64,000 bases of DNA from Gammaproteobacteria bacterium. Lineage in GTDB: Bacteria; Pseudomonadota; Gammaproteobacteria; JACKNK01. The position numbers were made by a program, and so were the translations under genes. The notes below the pieces were generated by a model that was given only the letters and a program-made list of their open reading frames with translations, had not been told where the DNA came from and did no database searches. The stretch is from positions 38 to 64,037 of the forward strand of contig JBMYTL010000010.1 in NCBI GenBank assembly GCA_049604295.1, read 5' to 3'. This document shows, piece after piece, positions 60,163 to 64,000 of this stretch. The stretch's first letter is position 1. Every line of letters starts with the position of its first letter.

Positions 60163-61008
60163 ATGAACCCGGTCATGCACGATTCACCGGCCCTGATGCA
60201 CCAGGCGGAGGTCATCGAACGGGTGCGCGAGGCCGCGGACATCACCACCCTGCGCCTACGCCTGGTTGATGAGGGCCTGCACCGTTCTTTTGTCTTTCAG
60301 CCGGGGCAGTTCAACATGCTGTATCTGTTCGGCATGGGCGCCGCCGCTATCTCCATCGTGTCGGACCCGGAGGACGAACACCTGTTCGACCACACCATCC
60401 GCGCCGTGGGACGGGTCACCCGGCCGTTGACGCAACTGCCGGTCGGTGCCCGCCTGGGCATGCGCGGACCCTACGGCCGGGGGTGGCCCCTGGGCGAGGC
60501 CGAGGGCAGGGACGTGTTGATTCTGACCGGTGGCCTGGGCTGTGCACCGGTGGTGTCAGTCATCGAGTACCTGCGTCGCCGCCCCGGACGTTTCGGGCGG
60601 CTCATCATCCTGCAAGGCGTCAAGCACTCCGATGACCTGATCTGGCGTTCGCGTTACGACGCCTGGGCGGCCGGCGGGGCCGAGGTGCACCTGGCCGCCG
60701 ATGAGGCGGGGCACGCCTGGTCGGGCACGGTCGGTCCGGTTACCCGGCTGTTGGACCGGGTTCGCCTGGACCCCGGACGGACCGTGGCCATGATGTGTGG
60801 GCCCGAACCCATGATGGTCGCCGGGGCACGCCGACTGGTGGAGTTGGGCCTGAACCCCGGGACGATCCACCTGTCCCTGGAGCGGGGCATGAAATGCGCG
60901 ACCGGTCATTGTGGCCAGTGCCAATTGGGCGGTCGTTTCCTGTGCCGTGACGGCCCGGTATTCGCCTGGCCAGAGGTCAGCGCCCACCTGGGGCGCAGGG
61001 GGTTCTGA
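60163..61008 (+). CDS. hydrogenase gamma subunit (FAD/NAD(P)-binding oxidoreductase with 2Fe-2S site, HyhG-like)
   Basis: ATG 60163. RLRL...FQPGQFNML, LTGGLGCAPV, C-terminal CATGHCGQCQLG...C. Confidence 0.75.
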   Translation: MNPVMHDSPALMHQAEVIERVREAADITTLRLRLVDEGLHRSFVFQPGQFNMLYLFGMGAAAISIVSDPEDEHLFDHTIRAVGRVTRPLTQLPVGARLGMRGPYGRGWPLGEAEGRDVLILTGGLGCAPVVSVIEYLRRRPGRFGRLIILQGVKHSDDLIWRSRYDAWAAGGAEVHLAADEAGHAWSGTVGPVTRLLDRVRLDPGRTVAMMCGPEPMMVAGARRLVELGLNPGTIHLSLERGMKCATGHCGQCQLGGRFLCRDGPVFAWPEVSAHLGRRGF

Positions 61009-61010
61009 CC

Positions 61011-61838
61011 ATGGTTACCCAGACTCCGGCCAAGCCCCGCGTGGCCGTGCATAAGTTCAGTTCCTGCGATGGCTGCCAGCTGGCCTTTCTGAACGCCGGA
61101 GAGGCCCTTCTGCAACTGGCGGAGCGGGTGGAGATCGTGCACTTCGCCGAAGCCGGGCCCTTTGACCCGGAAACACCCGTGGATATCGCCTTCGTGGAGG
61201 GCAGCATCTCCACGGGCGACGAAGTCGAGCGCATACGGGCCGTGCGCGCCAACAGCCGCTTGCTGGTGACCCTGGGCGCCTGCGCCACCGCGGGTGGCAT
61301 CCAGGCCCTGCGCAACATCGCTGATCACGAAGCGTGGAAAGGGGCGGTCTATGCCTCGCCCGAGCACATTGAGACCCTGGCCCAGTCCCGGGCCGTGGCC
61401 GAGCTGGTGCCCGTGGATTTCGAGATCCAGGGTTGCCCGGTGAATGGTGCCCAGGTCATGGCCATCGTCAGTCAACTGCTGGTGTCGGCGACGCCCCGCC
61501 TGCCCGGTGCCAACGTGTGCATGGAGTGCAAGCGTGCCGGTAACGCCTGCGTCATGGTGACCGGAGATGAGCCCTGCATGGGCCCCATCACCCGGGGTGG
61601 TTGTGGTGCCTTGTGTCCGGGAGTGGGGCGCGCCTGCTACGGCTGCTTCGGACCCGTTGCGGATGCCGGGGGCAACGAGACGGTGCGCAACTGGATGGAC
61701 CGGCTGCATCGCATGGGCGAACCCGACGAAGCCGTGGCCCAACGCCTGTTGTTCATCAATGCCCACGCGCCCCGTTGGCGTAAGGCGGCCCCGGCCGTGA
61801 TCTCCTCCCCGGCACCGAAAGGGGGGCAAACGTCATGA
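61011..61838 (+). CDS. [NiFe]-hydrogenase small (delta) subunit
   Basis: FSSCDGCQ, GACATAGGIQ, GCP, and distal Cys clusters CMECKRAGNAC...CMGPITRGGCGALCP...CYGC. Confidence 0.8.
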   Translation: MVTQTPAKPRVAVHKFSSCDGCQLAFLNAGEALLQLAERVEIVHFAEAGPFDPETPVDIAFVEGSISTGDEVERIRAVRANSRLLVTLGACATAGGIQALRNIADHEAWKGAVYASPEHIETLAQSRAVAELVPVDFEIQGCPVNGAQVMAIVSQLLVSATPRLPGANVCMECKRAGNACVMVTGDEPCMGPITRGGCGALCPGVGRACYGCFGPVADAGGNETVRNWMDRLHRMGEPDEAVAQRLLFINAHAPRWRKAAPAVISSPAPKGGQTS

Positions 61839-63115
61839 CGCGGACCGTATCCATTCGTGTTCCGGCCCTGACCCGCGTCGAGGGGGAAGGGGCACTGGAG
61901 CTGGACGTGCGTGACGGCCGTATCGAGCATCTGGCCCTGCGTATCTTCGAGCCGCCGCGTTATTTCGAGAAGCTGCTCGAGGGTCGCCCGGCGACGGACG
62001 TGATCGACGCGGTGGCACGCATCTGCGGTATCTGCCCCGTGGCCTACCAGATGAGCGCGGCCACGGCCCTGGAGCAGGCCCTGGGCGTGGAGGTCAGCGA
62101 CTGGGTGGTGGACATGCGCCGCCTGTTCTATTGCGGCGAATGGATTCAGAGTCATGCATTGCATGTGCATCTGTTGGCGGCGCCGGACTTTCTCGGTTTC
62201 GGCAGCGTCATCGAGATGGCCGCTGAACACGGTGAACTGGTGCGCCGGGGCCTGCGGCTGCAGTCTTTCGGCAACGCACTGATCGCCCTGTTGGGTGGGC
62301 GGTCGGTGCATCCGGTGGGCGCATGTATCGGCGGGTTCACCCGTGCCCCGACCCAGGCCGACGTGGACACGCTGTTGGCCCGCGCCGATGAGGCGGTGGA
62401 TGATGCCCGCGCGCTGGCCGGGTGGGCTGCGCAACTGGAGCTGCCGGGGGTATCCCAGTCGTTCACCCATGTGGCCCTGGAACCGGCGTCAGACCCTTAT
62501 CCCAGCATTGCCGCACGTCTGCATGACAGCGCGGGTCTGACGCTTACGGCTGGCGAATGGCCCGATCACTTCACCGAGTCCCACCGTCCCCATTCCACCG
62601 CCCTGTTCTGCGATCTGAACGGCGCGCCTTACCTGGTTGGTCCCCTGGCACGGGTGGCGCTCAACGCTGCGGGGCTGCGGCCCGAGGTTCAATCTCTGGG
62701 TGCGTGCATCGATCCGGGCAATATGTTTCACAGCCTGCGCGCACGCTGCGCCGAGCTCTATCACGCGGTGCTCGAGGCCCGTGATCTGCTCGTGGCCTAC
62801 CGGTCGACCGACGAGCCCCACGCAGCGTTTCAACCCGGGGCCGGTATCGGCTGCGGGGCCAGCGAGGCCCCCCGGGGGCTGCTCTGGCACCGCTATGAAC
62901 TGGATGATCGCGGCCACGTGCTCAACGCCCGTATCGTCCCCCCGACCAGCCAGAACCAGGGGCGCATCGAGGCGGACCTGCACCGCGAACTGAGCGAGTT
63001 CGGCCTCGACCGCGACGAGGCCGAACTGCGCCTGCGCGCGGAAACGGTGATCCGCAACTATGACCCCTGCATCTCCTGCGCGACGCACTTCCTGACCCTG
63101 CGCGTGCGGCGCTGA
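61835..63115 (+). CDS. [NiFe]-hydrogenase large (alpha) subunit
   Basis: N-terminal Ni-binding RICGICPVAY and C-terminal DPCISCATH. ATGA overlap with the small-subunit gene. Confidence 0.85.
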   Translation: MTRTVSIRVPALTRVEGEGALELDVRDGRIEHLALRIFEPPRYFEKLLEGRPATDVIDAVARICGICPVAYQMSAATALEQALGVEVSDWVVDMRRLFYCGEWIQSHALHVHLLAAPDFLGFGSVIEMAAEHGELVRRGLRLQSFGNALIALLGGRSVHPVGACIGGFTRAPTQADVDTLLARADEAVDDARALAGWAAQLELPGVSQSFTHVALEPASDPYPSIAARLHDSAGLTLTAGEWPDHFTESHRPHSTALFCDLNGAPYLVGPLARVALNAAGLRPEVQSLGACIDPGNMFHSLRARCAELYHAVLEARDLLVAYRSTDEPHAAFQPGAGIGCGASEAPRGLLWHRYELDDRGHVLNARIVPPTSQNQGRIEADLHRELSEFGLDRDEAELRLRAETVIRNYDPCISCATHFLTLRVRR

Positions 63116-63630
63116 TGGGCGTTACGCCGGTCGGGCGGGTGGTGGTGCTCGGGATCGGGTCGCCCCACGGTGCCGATGACCTGGGTTGGCGCGTGGTTGA
63201 GTCCCTCGGGACCTTGGTCGGGAGCACGGGCCGGAACACATCCATCCTCTGTCGGAACCTCAGTGCGCCCGATGGCCGGGTCCTCGAAGCCCTGGCTGGT
63301 GCCGGGCTTGGGATTGTTGTGGATGCTGTTCATGATCCGGAGAGGGTCGGGGGCGAAGGGAGCGATGGGACGACCCTGGAGCGCTTCGCGGACCTGGATC
63401 TGTTCGCCCAAAGGCATGCCTTCAGCAGCCATGGGCTGGGGCTTGCCGAGGTCCTGCGCCTGGGACGGGCCCTGGGTGACCTGCCGGAGCCGCTATGGAT
63501 CTACGGCCTGCGGGTGGGGGAGGGGCCACCGCCCGATGAAGCGCGGCTGCAAGGCCTGGTGCGGGCACTGCTCACTGATATTGAGGCCTGGCTGGATCGG
63601 GCGGGACAGAGCGGGACCGTACCGGGTTGA
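63115..63630 (+). CDS. hydrogenase maturation endopeptidase
   Basis: VVVLGIGSPHGADDLGWRV and VVDAV motifs typical of HybD/HoxW-type proteases. Its ATG overlaps the large-subunit stop. Confidence 0.7.
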   Translation: MGVTPVGRVVVLGIGSPHGADDLGWRVVESLGTLVGSTGRNTSILCRNLSAPDGRVLEALAGAGLGIVVDAVHDPERVGGEGSDGTTLERFADLDLFAQRHAFSSHGLGLAEVLRLGRALGDLPEPLWIYGLRVGEGPPPDEARLQGLVRALLTDIEAWLDRAGQSGTVPG

Positions 63631-63764
63631 GGCGGCGTGCCGTGAGCGGTGATCGGAGTACCCATCCCGATGGGCGTGACGCGGCCGCCATCCTGAGTCC
63701 GTGCGCGCTTCAGATCAGGGTCTGATTGCGCAGGGCTGGCCGGTGATGCCCGCTGACGGGCCCA

Positions 63765-64000
63765 TCACAGGCTCGAAGGTACGGCGTCCAGGGCTGAGGG
63801 GCGGGGGGGCTGTTCGGGGCCGGATTCCCGGCTGACCAGCCAGTTGAGCAGGTTCAGATAGCGCCGGATGCGGTCCACATAGACCACCGGCTCGCCGCCC
63901 CGGGCGTAGCCGTAGCGGGTCTGGGTGTACCACTTGCGCTCGGCCAGGCGTGGCAGCCACTTGGCGACATCATCCCAGCGGTCCGGGTTGCCCCCGCCCT
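63765..64000 (-). CDS. mltF: membrane-bound lytic murein transglycosylase F, C-terminal part; gene runs off the right edge
   Basis: The minus frame from 63998 reads [54 protein letters not shown]...*, with the stop at 63767..63765. This is collinear with the MltF C-terminal region as I recall it. The listed ORF 63715..63960 is a different frame. Confidence 0.7.
   Translation of the reverse strand, partial: GGGNPDRWDDVAKWLPRLAERKWYTQTRYGYARGGEPVVYVDRIRRYLNLLNWLVSRESGPEQPPRPSALDAVPSSL

Noticed and set aside
61835-63115. Tyr in place of the His usually quoted in the N-terminal RxCGxCxxxH motif of the large subunit (RICGICPVAY)
   Set aside because: I cannot recall whether group 3b enzymes commonly have Tyr here. 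Without an alignment, this cannot be called unusual.

Overview
Visibly GC-rich (GC not computed), densely coding chromosomal segment. Gene content and order look gammaproteobacterial, and a sulfur-oxidising Chromatiales/Ectothiorhodospiraceae-like organism is only a guess. I support about 59 CDS. I saw no rRNA, tRNA, transposase, integrase, CRISPR array or recognisable defence genes. Most of the window is core housekeeping: metY (partial), pdxB, apaH-apaG-nadC, rpsO-pnp, yciI-bolA-tsaB, yhbY / rlmE-ftsH-folP-glmM, aceE-aceF, purT, hppA, phrB and mltF (partial). Less ordinary content: four sensor histidine kinases (three hybrid) but only one response regulator, which has a REC-PAS layout and no DNA-binding output; an orphan NMT1-type binding protein divergent from one kinase; a two-Cys ArsR-family regulator whose Cys positions recall BigR/SqrR; a tupABC-mobA-moeA tungstate/molybdenum-cofactor gene string; a CqsA/LqsA-like autoinducer synthase paired with an uncharacterised membrane protein instead of a CqsS kinase; two exosortase-associated-type glycosyltransferases with no exosortase in the window; and a four-subunit group 3b-type [NiFe]-hydrogenase plus its protease. 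Non-coding structure includes REP-like hairpin clusters, a perfect 26-bp inverted repeat, several short tandem repeats (7, 11, 15 and 18 bp) and clear intrinsic terminators. I cannot point to a clear-cut novel multi-gene system. The best candidates for follow-up are the cqsA-like/membrane-protein pair, the kinase/REC-PAS/two-Cys ArsR string, and a possible unannotated small two-TM protein between yhbY and rlmE. All family assignments rest on motifs read in the translations and on recalled family hallmarks; no searches were run.
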